The notes beneath the pieces were generated by a model, which searched no databases, had not been told where the DNA came from, and was given only the letters and a program-made list of their open reading frames with translations. A DNA stretch of 59,545 nucleotides, counting the filler. It is 5 parts of 5 records of this genome, joined end to end, with 100 filler letters (N's around TTAATTAATTAA, not from the genome) between each part and the next. Parts side by side here need not be neighbours in the genome. Positions count along the whole stretch, not along the records: positions 14,969 to 32,348 come from SRR31156797_5260; 4 more parts are not named here. One strand, 5' to 3'. Position 1 is the first letter of the stretch, and every line of letters starts with the position of its first letter. This document shows, one piece after another, positions 18,885-29,874 of the stretch. The translations under genes were made by a program, and so were the position numbers.

Positions 18885-20291
18885 TTACTTGGCGTGGATG
18901 TGATTTACAGCCTTGCGGATCCGGTTAATGACCTTTTCCTTTCCCAGAACCTGCATGATTTCAAAAATTCCGGGACTGGCGGTTTTTCCGGTCAGGGCAA
19001 CGCGCAGGGGCTGAGCGATTTTCCTTAATTTGATTTCGTTTTCGTCCAAAAACCATACAAATGTTTTTTCCAAGCTGTCCTGATCAAAGGGGTTGGTCTT
19101 TTCAAGTCCCCCGGCCAGGTTTTCCAGTAACTGGGCCACCCCCTTTTTCAAAAACTTATGGTCCCCCTTTTCTTCGTATTCCATCTCTTCCCGGAAACAA
19201 AACTTGGCCCCTTCAGCCATTTCCACCAGCGTCTTGCTCCTGGCCTTAAGGTGCGGTACGATTTCTTTCAAAATATTCTGATCCGGCTCGGAAATCCCCA
19301 GTTTCTCGAGAAAGGGGATCAACTGCTCCACCAGGAATTCATCCGAAGATTCCCGAATATACCAGGCGTTGAGATCCAAGAGCTTTTCAGTGTTAAAAAC
19401 CCCGGCCGATTTGCCCACGTGATCCAGTGAAAATTTTTCGATCATTTCTTCCAGGGTAAATTTTTCCTGGTCCCCGTAAGACCAACCCACCCGGGCAAGG
19501 GCATTGAGCAGGGCGTGGGGCAGGTAACCCATGTCCCGATAGGCCAGTACGCTCATGGCCCCGTGCCGTTTACTGAGCCGGGTTTTGTCGGGCCCCAGAA
19601 TCATGGGCAGGTGTGCGTAGTGGGGGAGGGGTTCGCCGAGCGCCTTGTAAATGAGGATCTGCCGTGGCGTGTTGTTCACATGGTCATCACCCCGGATCAC
19701 ATGGGTGATGCCCAGGTCAATATCATCGGCCACCACGGCCAGATGGTAAGTGGGGCTGCCGTTTGACCGTTTGATAATGAGATCGTCCAGTTCCTCATTT
19801 TCAAAACGGATAGGCCCCTTGACCAGGTCATCGAACGCGGTGGTTCCCGTGCCGGGGGTCTTGAGGCGAACCACCGATCCGGGGGCAGGCCCGAGTCCCA
19901 GATTCCGGCAGGTTCCGTCATACTTGGGCTTCAATCCCTTTAACTGCGCTTCTTTTCTTTTCTGCTCCAACGCCTCGGGTGAGCAATGGCAGTGGTAGGC
20001 CTGGCCCAAATCGAGCAGCCGATCGATTACGGCATTGTAAAGGTCATATCGTCTGGATTGAAAGTAGGGACCATCATCCCAGGAGAGCCCCAGCCATTTC
20101 ATGGATTCAAGGATAGCCCGGGTGGCTGCATCCGACGACCTTTCCTCGTCGGTATCTTCAATGCGCAGGATAAATTCGCCCCCCTGCTGTTTTGTAAAGA
20201 GCCAGTTGAAAAGCGCCGTTCTGGAACCGCCGATGTGAAGATAGCCCGTGGGGCTTGGTGGGAACCGGGTAATGATTTTAGGGTTTTCCAT
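18885..20291 (-). CDS. gltX: glutamate--tRNA ligase
   Basis: TRFPPSPTGYLHIGG, LRIEDTD, HVIRGDDH, RLSKRHGA, PLRVALTG. Confidence 0.98.
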   Translation of the reverse strand: MENPKIITRFPPSPTGYLHIGGSRTALFNWLFTKQQGGEFILRIEDTDEERSSDAATRAILESMKWLGLSWDDGPYFQSRRYDLYNAVIDRLLDLGQAYHCHCSPEALEQKRKEAQLKGLKPKYDGTCRNLGLGPAPGSVVRLKTPGTGTTAFDDLVKGPIRFENEELDDLIIKRSNGSPTYHLAVVADDIDLGITHVIRGDDHVNNTPRQILIYKALGEPLPHYAHLPMILGPDKTRLSKRHGAMSVLAYRDMGYLPHALLNALARVGWSYGDQEKFTLEEMIEKFSLDHVGKSAGVFNTEKLLDLNAWYIRESSDEFLVEQLIPFLEKLGISEPDQNILKEIVPHLKARSKTLVEMAEGAKFCFREEMEYEEKGDHKFLKKGVAQLLENLAGGLEKTNPFDQDSLEKTFVWFLDENEIKLRKIAQPLRVALTGKTASPGIFEIMQVLGKEKVINRIRKAVNHIHAK

Positions 20292-20361
20292 TAAATAAAG
20301 TAATACCTCCTTTGTTAAATACAGCAGTTTTTCAACCGCTTATGCGGTTCTGAATCCCTTC

Positions 20362-21447
20362 TTATCTGTCCGTGGCGTAGACCCAGCCGTAAGGGATTGG
20401 TGTTGCATGGGGGGAGGCCAGTTTGGCATGCAGGTATTCATCTGTAAGCCTTAGCCAGTTGTAGGCCGGCCTTACTTTCCTGAGTTTCCCCTCCTTGGGC
20501 GGCCGGGAATGGACCGTGTGACTGTAAGCGGCTTCAAGGATGGCAAAATAGTTTTTTTCGTCGGAATACAAGTAGTGGTGCTTCAGGAAATCCACATCGA
20601 AACCCTGGGTTTCACAAATGGGTGTGAGTTGTTCTTCCGCCAGCTGGACTAAAAAAAATTTCGAAATACCCCTTTCCGAATACCGATAGAGAATCCGCGA
20701 CTCGGAACTGGATACAAAGACGGTGCAGATGCCATCCGACTGCTTCAGGAGTTGTGCGGCGATGAGCCCCGCGGTCCGCCTGCCTCCGACGCTGTGGTGG
20801 CAGCCGTAATATTCAAACAGTTTATTCTGAAGCACACGGGCGGCCTTATCTCCCTTTTCATAAAGGTTGTTCTGGATGTATCGCAATCTTTTCGCCAGAT
20901 CTTCGGCCGCATCGGCAATGGGCCAGTCAATTTTCACGTGAAAATGCGTCAGTGAATATCGGTTTTTCTTTCGAACCGTCGGATCCTGTTGGATGAGCAG
21001 GGCGTAATCAATGTCCAGCAGTTGTTCCAGGAAATTGATGCTCTTTGGGGAATCGAAATATTTGAGATTCTTATGGAACTTATTATACAGCGTAAAATCG
21101 GCAAGATATTCCAGGTTCTTTTTGGTGACGCTGTTTTCATGGTAGAAGCGGATATAGTTTTTTAATTCATCCTTGACGACGTTTTCACAAATGATCACCA
21201 GGAACGATTTGAAAAGCTCGGACTCCTTCTCCATTTTCTTTGATTTTGGCTTCAACTCACTTTTTTCAACAAAGCGGTACTCAACATCATTCCCTTTGAA
21301 TCGGTTATAAGAATCGATGAGCGCCATTTTCAATAGACGACGTTCCATATCATCTCTGAGGTTTTCATAGATGGATCGTCTCAGTTTTCCGGAATAACTC
21401 AGTTGCTCTCGAAATTTCCACATGACAATGGCTTCTATCCCTTTCAT
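20362..21447 (-). CDS. hypothetical protein, 361 aa, no recognised domain (start may be 21423)
   Basis: Long ORF with normal composition, co-oriented with gltX, with a predicted sigma70 promoter upstream. Confidence 0.8.
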   Translation of the reverse strand: MKGIEAIVMWKFREQLSYSGKLRRSIYENLRDDMERRLLKMALIDSYNRFKGNDVEYRFVEKSELKPKSKKMEKESELFKSFLVIICENVVKDELKNYIRFYHENSVTKKNLEYLADFTLYNKFHKNLKYFDSPKSINFLEQLLDIDYALLIQQDPTVRKKNRYSLTHFHVKIDWPIADAAEDLAKRLRYIQNNLYEKGDKAARVLQNKLFEYYGCHHSVGGRRTAGLIAAQLLKQSDGICTVFVSSSESRILYRYSERGISKFFLVQLAEEQLTPICETQGFDVDFLKHHYLYSDEKNYFAILEAAYSHTVHSRPPKEGKLRKVRPAYNWLRLTDEYLHAKLASPHATPIPYGWVYATDR

Positions 21448-21533
21448 TTACCGAACTGTCGTCATCCCACCGGGACAAAAACCGCAAACAGTTGATGCAA
21501 GATGATTCAAAATAAACTATAAAAAACTTTGCA

Positions 21534-21563
21534 ATGCTAACAAAGAATAGGTATAAGTGTCAA
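21534..21563 (-). promoter_or_regulatory. putative sigma70 promoter for the hypothetical gene and gltX
   Basis: Minus strand TTGACA (21563-21558), 18-nt spacer, TAGCAT (21539-21534). Confidence 0.55.
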
Positions 21564-21647
21564 GAAAAAATAGATAATTTGGCGTTCGTGGCAGATTTGG
21601 TAAATATTCCCATCTGAGCTGGTGGTCCGCAAAACGGATAAAATTTC

Positions 21648-21675
21648 TTGACAAAACAGGGGGTTTTTATATACT
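21648..21675 (+). promoter_or_regulatory. putative sigma70 promoter for the yceD-rpmF-plsX cluster
   Basis: TTGACA (21648-21653), 16-nt spacer, TATACT (21670-21675). Confidence 0.65.
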
Positions 21676-21732
21676 CACCTCTTTTGATCCGGAGAGATCC
21701 TATTATGCTGCTTTTTTCAAGGTTTAGGCGTC

Positions 21733-22263
21733 ATGATCGTTGATCTTAAAAGCATTTCAAGAAGTCCTCGGTATTTTAATGTTACCTATCAGTCCGACTG
21801 GTGGCGAAAAAATGAAGACGATGTGCAGGTTCGGGGCCTGGCGGGTCCTCTGGTGGCAAAGATTTCAGTTTCCAGGGAAGATAACAATTATGTGGTAAAC
21901 GGCCGTTTGGCGGGAAAGCTCAGGCTTGTTTGTGATCGATGTCTGGAGACATATGCCTTTGCGGTAAGTCGTGATTTTAAGCTATCCTTATGCTTGCCCG
22001 TGTCTTCGGAATCGGTTCGGGACGAAACCGAGTTGAAAAAAGATGATCTGGCGGTTGGATTCATTGCGGCTGAGAAAATTGATCTCGACGATATCCTCAG
22101 GGAACAGATATATCTGTCGCTGCCCATGAAGCTTCTTTGTAAAGAAGGGTGTGAGGGGCTATGTGCCCGATGCGGCGTCAACCTGAATATTGAAACCTGC
22201 AAATGTTCCGAAAGGGGTGGACACCCGGCATTTTTAAAGCTGAAAGACCTCAAAATAGAGTAA
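21733..22263 (+). CDS. yceD: DUF177/YceD family protein
   Basis: CDRCL, IDLDDILREQIYLSLPMKLLCKEGCEGLCARCGVNLN; upstream of rpmF. Confidence 0.92.
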   Translation: MIVDLKSISRSPRYFNVTYQSDWWRKNEDDVQVRGLAGPLVAKISVSREDNNYVVNGRLAGKLRLVCDRCLETYAFAVSRDFKLSLCLPVSSESVRDETELKKDDLAVGFIAAEKIDLDDILREQIYLSLPMKLLCKEGCEGLCARCGVNLNIETCKCSERGGHPAFLKLKDLKIE

Positions 22264-22360
22264 GTACCTTAGTTGAAGCGTATTAACCATTAATCCTTAT
22301 GACGCCACGGGAAAATTATTTTTTTTCCATTTAAAAGGCGAAGCGGAGTAAACTTAAATT

Positions 22361-22543
22361 ATGGCTGTACCTAAGAAAAAGAAATCAAAAGCAAAGCGGG
22401 ATTCAAGGCGTACCCATGACGTCGCGAAATTGCCCAAAACAACAACCTGCCCCCAGTGTCATGAACCGGTGTTGCCTCATCACGTTTGCTCTGAGTGCGG
22501 CGCCTATAGGGGCAAAACCATCATTAAAACCGAAGAGAGTTAG
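22361..22543 (+). CDS. rpmF: 50S ribosomal protein L32
   Basis: [21 protein letters not shown]...[10 protein letters not shown]. Confidence 0.97.
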   Translation: MAVPKKKKSKAKRDSRRTHDVAKLPKTTTCPQCHEPVLPHHVCSECGAYRGKTIIKTEES

Positions 22544-22544
22544 C

Positions 22545-23549
22545 ATGAAGATAGCCGTGGACGCCATGGGGGGAGATGACGCTCCGGCAGTGGTGGTCCA
22601 GGGGGCTTTGGAAGCCGCTTCGAAATTCGGCATCCATGTTATCCTTGTGGGACATGAGGCAGTGCTGACAGGGCTCGTTGGTTCCGGAAGGGCGGACGAC
22701 CTCGTCTCCATTCATCATTGCGAAGATGCGGTGGCAATGGACGAGTCTCCCTTGAAAGCCCTTCGAAAAAAGAGGGACAGTTCCATTAGCGTTGCGTTCG
22801 GCCTGGCGAAGGAAGGCGTTGCTGATGCAGTGATCAGCGCCGGTAATTCCGGAGCGACCCTTGCTGCGGGTGTTCTGGCTTTGGGTCGGATTCCCGGCGT
22901 GGAAAGACCGGCCATAGCAAGCATTGTCCCCACGGAGAAAGGGCCGGTTATTCTGATCGATGCAGGCGCCAATGTGGATTGCAGGCCCGGCCAGCTCTTT
23001 CAGTTCGGGGTCATGGCCCATGCGTTCGGCTGTTCCTGCCTGGATATGAAAAATCCGAAAATTGCGCTCTTGAACATTGGCGAAGAGGGTAGCAAAGGGA
23101 ATGAACTGGTTCGCTACGCGTACGATCTGTTTGAAAAAAGTACCTTAAACTTCGCGGGGAACATTGAAGGGCGAGACCTTCTTACGGGTGATGTCAAAAT
23201 TGTCGTCTGTGACGGTTTCGTGGGAAATGTGGCCCTCAAACTGACGGAAGGGACCGCGGAATCCATGGCGCGGCTCATGAAAAGGGAATTGATGCGTTCC
23301 TTCCCGGGCCGTATGGCTTTCTTTCTGGGGCGCAAGGCTTTTTCCCGGTTTGCCCGGGAATTGAGCTACGAAGAGTACGGCGGTGCACCCCTTCTGGGCG
23401 TTAAAGGCATCGGCATCATCTGCCATGGGGGTTCTTCCGCCAAAGCCATCGGGAATGCCATCAATATGGCGGCACAATACGCCCAAAACCGAACAGTTGA
23501 AAAAATGAGCCGGGAGTTGAAATCCTATAATCTTGAGCAGGCTCTTTAG
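22545..23549 (+). CDS. plsX: phosphate acyltransferase PlsX
   Basis: MKIAVDAMGGD, SAGNSGA, DAGANVD, NIGEE..KG, CDGFVGN, YGGAPLLG. Confidence 0.97.
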   Translation: MKIAVDAMGGDDAPAVVVQGALEAASKFGIHVILVGHEAVLTGLVGSGRADDLVSIHHCEDAVAMDESPLKALRKKRDSSISVAFGLAKEGVADAVISAGNSGATLAAGVLALGRIPGVERPAIASIVPTEKGPVILIDAGANVDCRPGQLFQFGVMAHAFGCSCLDMKNPKIALLNIGEEGSKGNELVRYAYDLFEKSTLNFAGNIEGRDLLTGDVKIVVCDGFVGNVALKLTEGTAESMARLMKRELMRSFPGRMAFFLGRKAFSRFARELSYEEYGGAPLLGVKGIGIICHGGSSAKAIGNAINMAAQYAQNRTVEKMSRELKSYNLEQAL

Positions 23550-23566
23550 GGAAGAGAGGAATTGTC

Positions 23567-24316
23567 ATGAGTGTTGCGGATACCAGGACCGTCGTTATTA
23601 CGGGGGGATCGAAAGGGATCGGTCGCAGTGTCGCCTACCGGTTTGCGGAAGAAAACGCCAAAATTATCATTATTCATTTTGATCCTTCCGATGATGCCTG
23701 CAATGAGACCATGGATCACCTAAAGGCGAACGGGGTAACGGCGGAGGGTTACAGGGCTGACATCTCCTCTTTCGAGGTGGCGGATTCATTATTTCGTGAA
23801 ATCCTTGAAAAACACGAAAAAATTGATGTGCTCATCAATAACGCCGGCATTACCCGGGATACCCTCCTGTTGCGCATGAGCGAAGAAATCTGGGATGAGG
23901 TGTTGAGAGTAAACTTGAAGAGTGTGTTTAATTGTACAAAAGCGGTTATTAGACCCATGAGTCAAAACCGGAGCGGCGCCATTGTGAACGTCTCTTCAGT
24001 GGTGGGGCAGATCGGAAATTTTGGTCAATCCAATTACGCCGCCTCAAAGGCCGGCATTATGGGATTCACCAAGAGTATTGCCAGGGAGGTTGCCGCCAGG
24101 GGGATCAATGTCAATGCGGTGGCGCCCGGTTTCATTGATACCGAAATGACCCAGGTGATTCCCGAAAAAGCAAAGGAAAATTTCCTGAAGCAGGTTCCCT
24201 TTGGAAAGATGGGAAAACCGGAAGATGTGGCGGAAGCGGTTTACTGGCTCTGCTCCAGCGCCGCCGGCTATATTACCGGACAGGTTCTTCACGTCAACGG
24301 CGGTATGTATATGTAA
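23567..24316 (+). CDS. fabG: 3-oxoacyl-ACP reductase
   Basis: TGGSKGIG, NNAGITRD, NYAASKAG, VAPGFIDT, VNGGMYM. Confidence 0.95.
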   Translation: MSVADTRTVVITGGSKGIGRSVAYRFAEENAKIIIIHFDPSDDACNETMDHLKANGVTAEGYRADISSFEVADSLFREILEKHEKIDVLINNAGITRDTLLLRMSEEIWDEVLRVNLKSVFNCTKAVIRPMSQNRSGAIVNVSSVVGQIGNFGQSNYAASKAGIMGFTKSIAREVAARGINVNAVAPGFIDTEMTQVIPEKAKENFLKQVPFGKMGKPEDVAEAVYWLCSSAAGYITGQVLHVNGGMYM

Positions 24317-24346
24317 AAAAACGAAAGGTCAATTTTGAGGAGGTAG

Positions 24347-24589
<243 letters not shown>

Positions 24590-24717
24590 CAGGGATTGTT
24601 CTGTGCCATTTTCAAAAGAAAGTGGCCGAATTCATATAAAAAATCTGCAAAATTTTTCCCTCTGGTGAATTCGGTACATTTGGCCGAAACCAGAATTGTA
24701 TGGGGAGGAATGATAAA

Positions 24718-25974
24718 ATGGCCAGACGGGTTGTGGTAACGGGATTGGGAATGGTGACGCCCCTTGGAACAGGGGTGGCCAAAAACTGGGAGGCGGCATG
24801 TTCCGGCAAATCGGGGATTGGAAACATCACAAAATTTGATGCGTCCGACTTTGCTTCCCGGATTGCGGGGGAAGTAACGGATTTCAACCCTCAGGATTTC
24901 ATGGCCAAGCAGCAGGTTCGACGCTTTGATATATTTATCCACTACGCCGTTGCTTCGGCAAGGATGGCCGTGGAAGATGCCGGTCTCACCATTGATCATA
25001 AAAACGCCCACCGCGTGGGCTGCGTAACGGGGTCCGGCCTGGGAGGACTGGCAACCCTGGAACATTACCATTCGGTCCTCCTTGAAAAGGGTCCCAAGCG
25101 GATCAGCCCTTTTTTTATTCCGGGTATTATCGCCAACATGGCACCGGGTCAGATCGCCATTGAATTCGGGGCAAAAGGTCCCAACATTTCAATAGAAACC
25201 GCCTGTGCCGCCAGTGCCCATGCCGTGGGAGAAGCCTTCCGGTATATTCGTGAAGGAATTTCGGACGTCATGTTTACAGGCGGCGCCGAAGCGGTGGTCA
25301 CGCCGCTGGCAGTGGGGGGGTTCTGTTCCATGCGGGCGCTCAGCACGCGTAATGATGCACCCGAAAAAGCTTCGAGACCCTTTGACCTTGATCGTGACGG
25401 ATTCGTTATCGGGGAAGGAGCGGGCATCCTTATCCTGGAAGAACTGGAACATGCCCTTGAACGGGGTGCACCCATTTATGGGGAAGTGGTCGGTTATGGC
25501 CTCAGCGGTGATGCCCATCATGTTTCCGCACCGGAACCCGAGGGCGCAGGCGCCATCAGTTGCATGAAAGGGGCACTGGACTACGCCGGTTTAAAACCGG
25601 AAGATATCGATTACATCAACGCACACGGCACATCGACCCCGCTCAACGATGCTTCGGAAAACAAGGCCATTAAGGCGGTTTTCAAGGAGCATGCATTCAA
25701 TCTCAGCATCAGTTCCACGAAATCCATGACCGGTCATCTCCTGGGCGGCGCGGGTGGAACGGAATCGATTTTCTCCGTGCTGACCATCAAGAACGGCATG
25801 ATTCCTCCCACCATGAACTATGAAACCCCTGATCCGGAATGCGACCTGGATTATGTGCCCAATGTGGCCAGAAAAGCCAAGGTGCGCACCGCCATGAGCA
25901 ATTCGTTCGGGTTTGGCGGTACCAATGCTTCTTTGATATTTGCATCTTACGAAAATCAGAGTGATAACGGGTGA
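24718..25974 (+). CDS. fabF: 3-oxoacyl-ACP synthase II
   Basis: [13 protein letters not shown] catalytic Cys, [27 protein letters not shown]. Confidence 0.97.
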   Translation: MARRVVVTGLGMVTPLGTGVAKNWEAACSGKSGIGNITKFDASDFASRIAGEVTDFNPQDFMAKQQVRRFDIFIHYAVASARMAVEDAGLTIDHKNAHRVGCVTGSGLGGLATLEHYHSVLLEKGPKRISPFFIPGIIANMAPGQIAIEFGAKGPNISIETACAASAHAVGEAFRYIREGISDVMFTGGAEAVVTPLAVGGFCSMRALSTRNDAPEKASRPFDLDRDGFVIGEGAGILILEELEHALERGAPIYGEVVGYGLSGDAHHVSAPEPEGAGAISCMKGALDYAGLKPEDIDYINAHGTSTPLNDASENKAIKAVFKEHAFNLSISSTKSMTGHLLGGAGGTESIFSVLTIKNGMIPPTMNYETPDPECDLDYVPNVARKAKVRTAMSNSFGFGGTNASLIFASYENQSDNG

Positions 25975-25978
25975 ATTC

Positions 25979-26413
25979 ATGAACATTATCATCGGATCGG
26001 ATCACGGCGGTTTCGAACTGAAGGAAATTTGCCGGGAATATATGGGAACAAGAAGCGATTGTCTCGTCACGGATGCCGGCACATTCAGCGAAGACGCCAT
26101 GGATTATCCGAAGGTTGCACACAAAGTCGCCAGAGCCGTCTCCCGGGGAGAGTATGAACGGGGAATACTGATTTGCGGCACCGGCATCGGGATGAGCGTT
26201 ACGGCAAACCGTTACAAGGGGATCAGGGCATGTCTATGCCACAACCTTTTCACCGCCAGGCTGAGCCGGGAGCATAACGACGCCAATATCCTGGTGATGG
26301 GGGGCCGTGTCATCGGAAGGGGCCTTGCCGTTGAAATGGTGGCGCTCTTCCTGAACACCCCCTTTGACGGCGGACGACATGAACTGCGACTGAACCAGAT
26401 TGAAACGGATTAA
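25979..26413 (+). CDS. rpiB: ribose-5-phosphate isomerase B
   Basis: IGSDHGG, DYP, CGTGIGMS, REHNDAN, FDGGRH. Confidence 0.96.
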   Translation: MNIIIGSDHGGFELKEICREYMGTRSDCLVTDAGTFSEDAMDYPKVAHKVARAVSRGEYERGILICGTGIGMSVTANRYKGIRACLCHNLFTARLSREHNDANILVMGGRVIGRGLAVEMVALFLNTPFDGGRHELRLNQIETD

Positions 26414-26508
26414 ACACAAAGGGTGCAGGGGACAGGATGACAAAACAAACCTGCTGTTTCTGCCCCCTGACAACTGCACCCTGAAAACTCTTTTAAAAGA
26501 GGATTGTT

Positions 26509-27774
26509 TTGACGGAACCGACATTAAGGGAAATGGACCCCGAGGTTTACGGGGCGATTGAGGCGGAGCTTGCAAGGGAAAGAAAAAGCCTGGTCATGAT
26601 TGCTTCTGAAAATTATGCGAGCCGGGCGGTGATCGAAGCCCAAGCCAATGTCATGACCAACAAATACGCCGAAGGATACCCGGGAGCCCGTTACTACGGG
26701 GGCTGTGAGTTCGTTGACAGGGTGGAACGGCTGGCTCGAAGCCGTGCCAACAGGCTCTTTGGTTCAGAACATGCAAATGTTCAACCCCATTCCGGTTCAC
26801 AGGCCAACATGGCCGTATATCTCTCCTTCATCGAAACCGGAGATACCATCATGGGTATGGATCTTTCCCACGGTGGCCATCTCACCCATGGAAGTCCCGT
26901 AAGTTTTTCAGGTAGAATCTATAAACCCGTTTTTTACGGATTGAATCCGGAAACGGAACGGATCGATTATGATCAGGTCCGTGATGTGGCCATAAAAAAT
27001 AGACCGAAACTCATTATCGCCGGCGCCAGCGCCTATCCGCGGCGCATTGACTTTTCCCTTTTCAAGGAAATCGCTAGTGAAGTTGGCGCTTATTTCATGG
27101 TCGACATGGCCCATATTGCCGGGCTGGTTGCCACCCGTCTTCATCCATCTCCGGTGGGGCAGGCGGATTTTATCACCAGCACCACCCACAAGACCTTGCG
27201 GGGTCCAAGGGGCGGTCTGATCCTCTGTTCGGAAGAATCCGGGGCCAAACTGGACAAGAGCGTTTTCCCGGGAACCCAGGGGGGGCCTCTGATGCATATC
27301 ATCGCGGCGAAGGCCGTGGCATTTGAAGAAGCCCTTCGCCCTGATTTTACGGCGTATCAGGAGCAGGTTTTGATCAATGCCCGTGTGCTTGGGGAAGAGC
27401 TGATGGCATATGGATTTAATCTGGTTTCCGGTGGCACGGATAATCACCTGATCCTCATTGATCTCACCGAAAAAGGCATCACCGGACTCCACGCGGAGCA
27501 AGCCCTTGGAGAAGCGGGTATTGTGGCCAACAAGAATACGGTCCCCTTTGATAAAAAGGGACCCAAAATCACCAGTGGACTGAGACTGGGGACGCCGGCA
27601 CTGACCACCCGCGGCATGAAAGAGCGCGAAATTCAGCGAATAGCGGGGCTCATCAACCATATCCTCAGCGATCCTTCCAGTGAAAGTGTTTTACGGCGGG
27701 TTCAAGGGGTTGTTTCCGAAATATGTGAAGCTTTTCCCATTTATCCTTACCTGGATGAAAAAGTTAGCCCATAA
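26509..27774 (+). CDS. glyA: serine hydroxymethyltransferase
   Basis: [45 protein letters not shown] start after GAGGA. Confidence 0.98.
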   Translation: MTEPTLREMDPEVYGAIEAELARERKSLVMIASENYASRAVIEAQANVMTNKYAEGYPGARYYGGCEFVDRVERLARSRANRLFGSEHANVQPHSGSQANMAVYLSFIETGDTIMGMDLSHGGHLTHGSPVSFSGRIYKPVFYGLNPETERIDYDQVRDVAIKNRPKLIIAGASAYPRRIDFSLFKEIASEVGAYFMVDMAHIAGLVATRLHPSPVGQADFITSTTHKTLRGPRGGLILCSEESGAKLDKSVFPGTQGGPLMHIIAAKAVAFEEALRPDFTAYQEQVLINARVLGEELMAYGFNLVSGGTDNHLILIDLTEKGITGLHAEQALGEAGIVANKNTVPFDKKGPKITSGLRLGTPALTTRGMKEREIQRIAGLINHILSDPSSESVLRRVQGVVSEICEAFPIYPYLDEKVSP

Positions 27775-27805
27775 TATCAATAAAACAAGATAACATTCTG
27801 ATAAA

Positions 27806-28258
27806 ATGGAATATGATAGGCCATCCTGGAACCAATATTTTGCATCCATTGCTCAGATGGTCGCCACCCGCTCAACATGTCTGAGACGGCATGTGGGTGC
27901 CATTCTGGTCAAGGAAAAACGGATTCTGTCCACGGGATATAACGGCGCCCCCGCCGGTCTCAAACATTGTATTGAAGTGGGTTGTCTTCGGGAGGAGGGG
28001 TCAATCCCATCCGGCACACGCCATGAATTGTGCCGTGCCCTTCACGCTGAACAAAACGCCATCGTTCAAGCAGCTTACCACGGAATCTCCATCGCGGATT
28101 CCACCCTTTACTGTACCAACAAACCATGCGTTATCTGCTCTAAAATGCTCATTAATGCCGGCATCAAACGAATTTTTTTCGGCGATGGGTATGATGACGA
28201 TCTGTCCGATGCCATTCTGGAGGAGGCCGGGATAGAAATGAAGAGGTTTGAGTTATGA
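27806..28258 (+). CDS. dCMP deaminase (ComEB-like)
   Basis: [27 protein letters not shown] Zn motifs. Confidence 0.93.
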   Translation: MEYDRPSWNQYFASIAQMVATRSTCLRRHVGAILVKEKRILSTGYNGAPAGLKHCIEVGCLREEGSIPSGTRHELCRALHAEQNAIVQAAYHGISIADSTLYCTNKPCVICSKMLINAGIKRIFFGDGYDDDLSDAILEEAGIEMKRFEL

Positions 28259-28731
28259 AATGTCCGTATTGCACCCAGATCGACAATAAGGTGATTGATT
28301 CCAGGCTGAGCAAGGATGGTCGAACCATCCGCAGGCGCCGTGAATGCCTGGCCTGCGGCAGACGGTTTACCACCTACGAGAAACTGGAAGACGTCCTTCC
28401 CATGGTGGTTAAAAAAGACGGCAGGAGAGAGCCCTTTAATCGAAATAAGATTATTGCGGGTATCGGCAGTGCATGTCAGAAACGGCCCATCAGTGTCACC
28501 CGTATCGAAGAATTCGTTGATGCCATTGAGCTATATTTTCAGGAACTGGGGAAGAAAGAAATTGCCAGTTCGGAAGTGGGCGAGAAGGTCATCAATAAAC
28601 TCAAGGAATGGGATGAAGTGGCCTACGTACGGTTTGCATCCGTTTACCGGCAGTTTAAAGATATCAACGAATTCATGGCGGAATTGGAAGAGATCCTCAA
28701 ATCCAAGCAGGATTCTGAAAAAAATACATGA
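28255..28731 (+). CDS. nrdR: transcriptional repressor NrdR
   Basis: [31 protein letters not shown] cone, [10 protein letters not shown]. Confidence 0.98.
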   Translation: MKCPYCTQIDNKVIDSRLSKDGRTIRRRRECLACGRRFTTYEKLEDVLPMVVKKDGRREPFNRNKIIAGIGSACQKRPISVTRIEEFVDAIELYFQELGKKEIASSEVGEKVINKLKEWDEVAYVRFASVYRQFKDINEFMAELEEILKSKQDSEKNT

Positions 28732-29834
28732 TGGAAACCCATATCAAATACATGAAACTGGCCATCAAGGAGGCACGCAAGGGCCTCGGGCGAACCTCTC
28801 CCAATCCTGCGGTGGGTGCCGTCGTCGTCATGGAGGACAAGGTGGTTGCCCGTGGCTACCACCACCGGGCCGGGATGCCCCATGCCGAAGTTGACGCCTT
28901 TTTGAAAATCGGCAACCGCGCACCCGGAGGTACCCTTTATGTGACCCTTGAACCGTGCAACCATTTTGGGAAAACGCCCCCCTGTACCGAACTTATTTTA
29001 AAAAGCGGGGTCAAGAAAGTGGTTGTGGGAATGAGGGACCCCAATCCCCTGGTGACGGGAGGCGGTTGCGAGTATCTGGAGAAAAAGGGCCTTGAGATTG
29101 TTACCGGAATTTTAAAGGATGAATGCTTCGCCCTCAATGAGTCATTCATCAAATTCATCTCCACCGGCCGGCCCTTTGTGATGGCCAAATCAGCCATTAC
29201 CCTGGACGGTTGGACCGCCACATCCGCACAGCATTCCCAATGGATCACCAATGAAAAATCAAGGGGCTTCGTACACAGACTGAGAGATCGTGTGGATGCC
29301 GTGATGATGGGAATCGGCACGGTCCTGGCCGATGACCCGGCCATGACCGCACGGTTTAAAGTGAAGCAAGGGAAAGATCCCCTTCGAATTATTGTGGATA
29401 CAAATTTCAGAACACCGCTTGACGCAAAGGTCATGCAGAATGAGTCTGCCGCCCGTACCGTCATCGCCACCAGCGTGGATGGAAACCGTCGTTACCAGGA
29501 GTCCGGCACCCATCTTAAAGGTGTGGAGACTCTGGTCTGCCCCACTGTGGCCGGTAAGATTGATCTGCCGGCACTCATGGAAAAACTGGGTGAAATGTCC
29601 ATTTCCAGTGTTCTGCTTGAGGGGGGCTCCATGATTCTGGGCGCCATGCTCCGTGCCCGGTTGATTGATAAATTTTATGTTTTTATTGCACCCAAAATCC
29701 TGGGCGGCGGCGACGGGATTCCCATGGTGGCCGGGTGTGGACCCAAAACCATGGAAGAATCTCTCAAACTCCAAAACATCAAGGTCAGACGATTTGGGGA
29801 TGATGTGTTGATCAGCGGTTATCCAGGCCTTTAA
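28728..29834 (+). CDS. ribD: riboflavin biosynthesis deaminase/reductase RibD
   Basis: TSPNPAVGA, HAE, TLEPCNHFGKTPPC, SQWIT, LLEGG. Confidence 0.97.
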   Translation: MMETHIKYMKLAIKEARKGLGRTSPNPAVGAVVVMEDKVVARGYHHRAGMPHAEVDAFLKIGNRAPGGTLYVTLEPCNHFGKTPPCTELILKSGVKKVVVGMRDPNPLVTGGGCEYLEKKGLEIVTGILKDECFALNESFIKFISTGRPFVMAKSAITLDGWTATSAQHSQWITNEKSRGFVHRLRDRVDAVMMGIGTVLADDPAMTARFKVKQGKDPLRIIVDTNFRTPLDAKVMQNESAARTVIATSVDGNRRYQESGTHLKGVETLVCPTVAGKIDLPALMEKLGEMSISSVLLEGGSMILGAMLRARLIDKFYVFIAPKILGGGDGIPMVAGCGPKTMEESLKLQNIKVRRFGDDVLISGYPGL

Positions 29835-29874
29835 ACGACCCGCCCGCACTTTGAACGGAAATTCCGGGGACACT

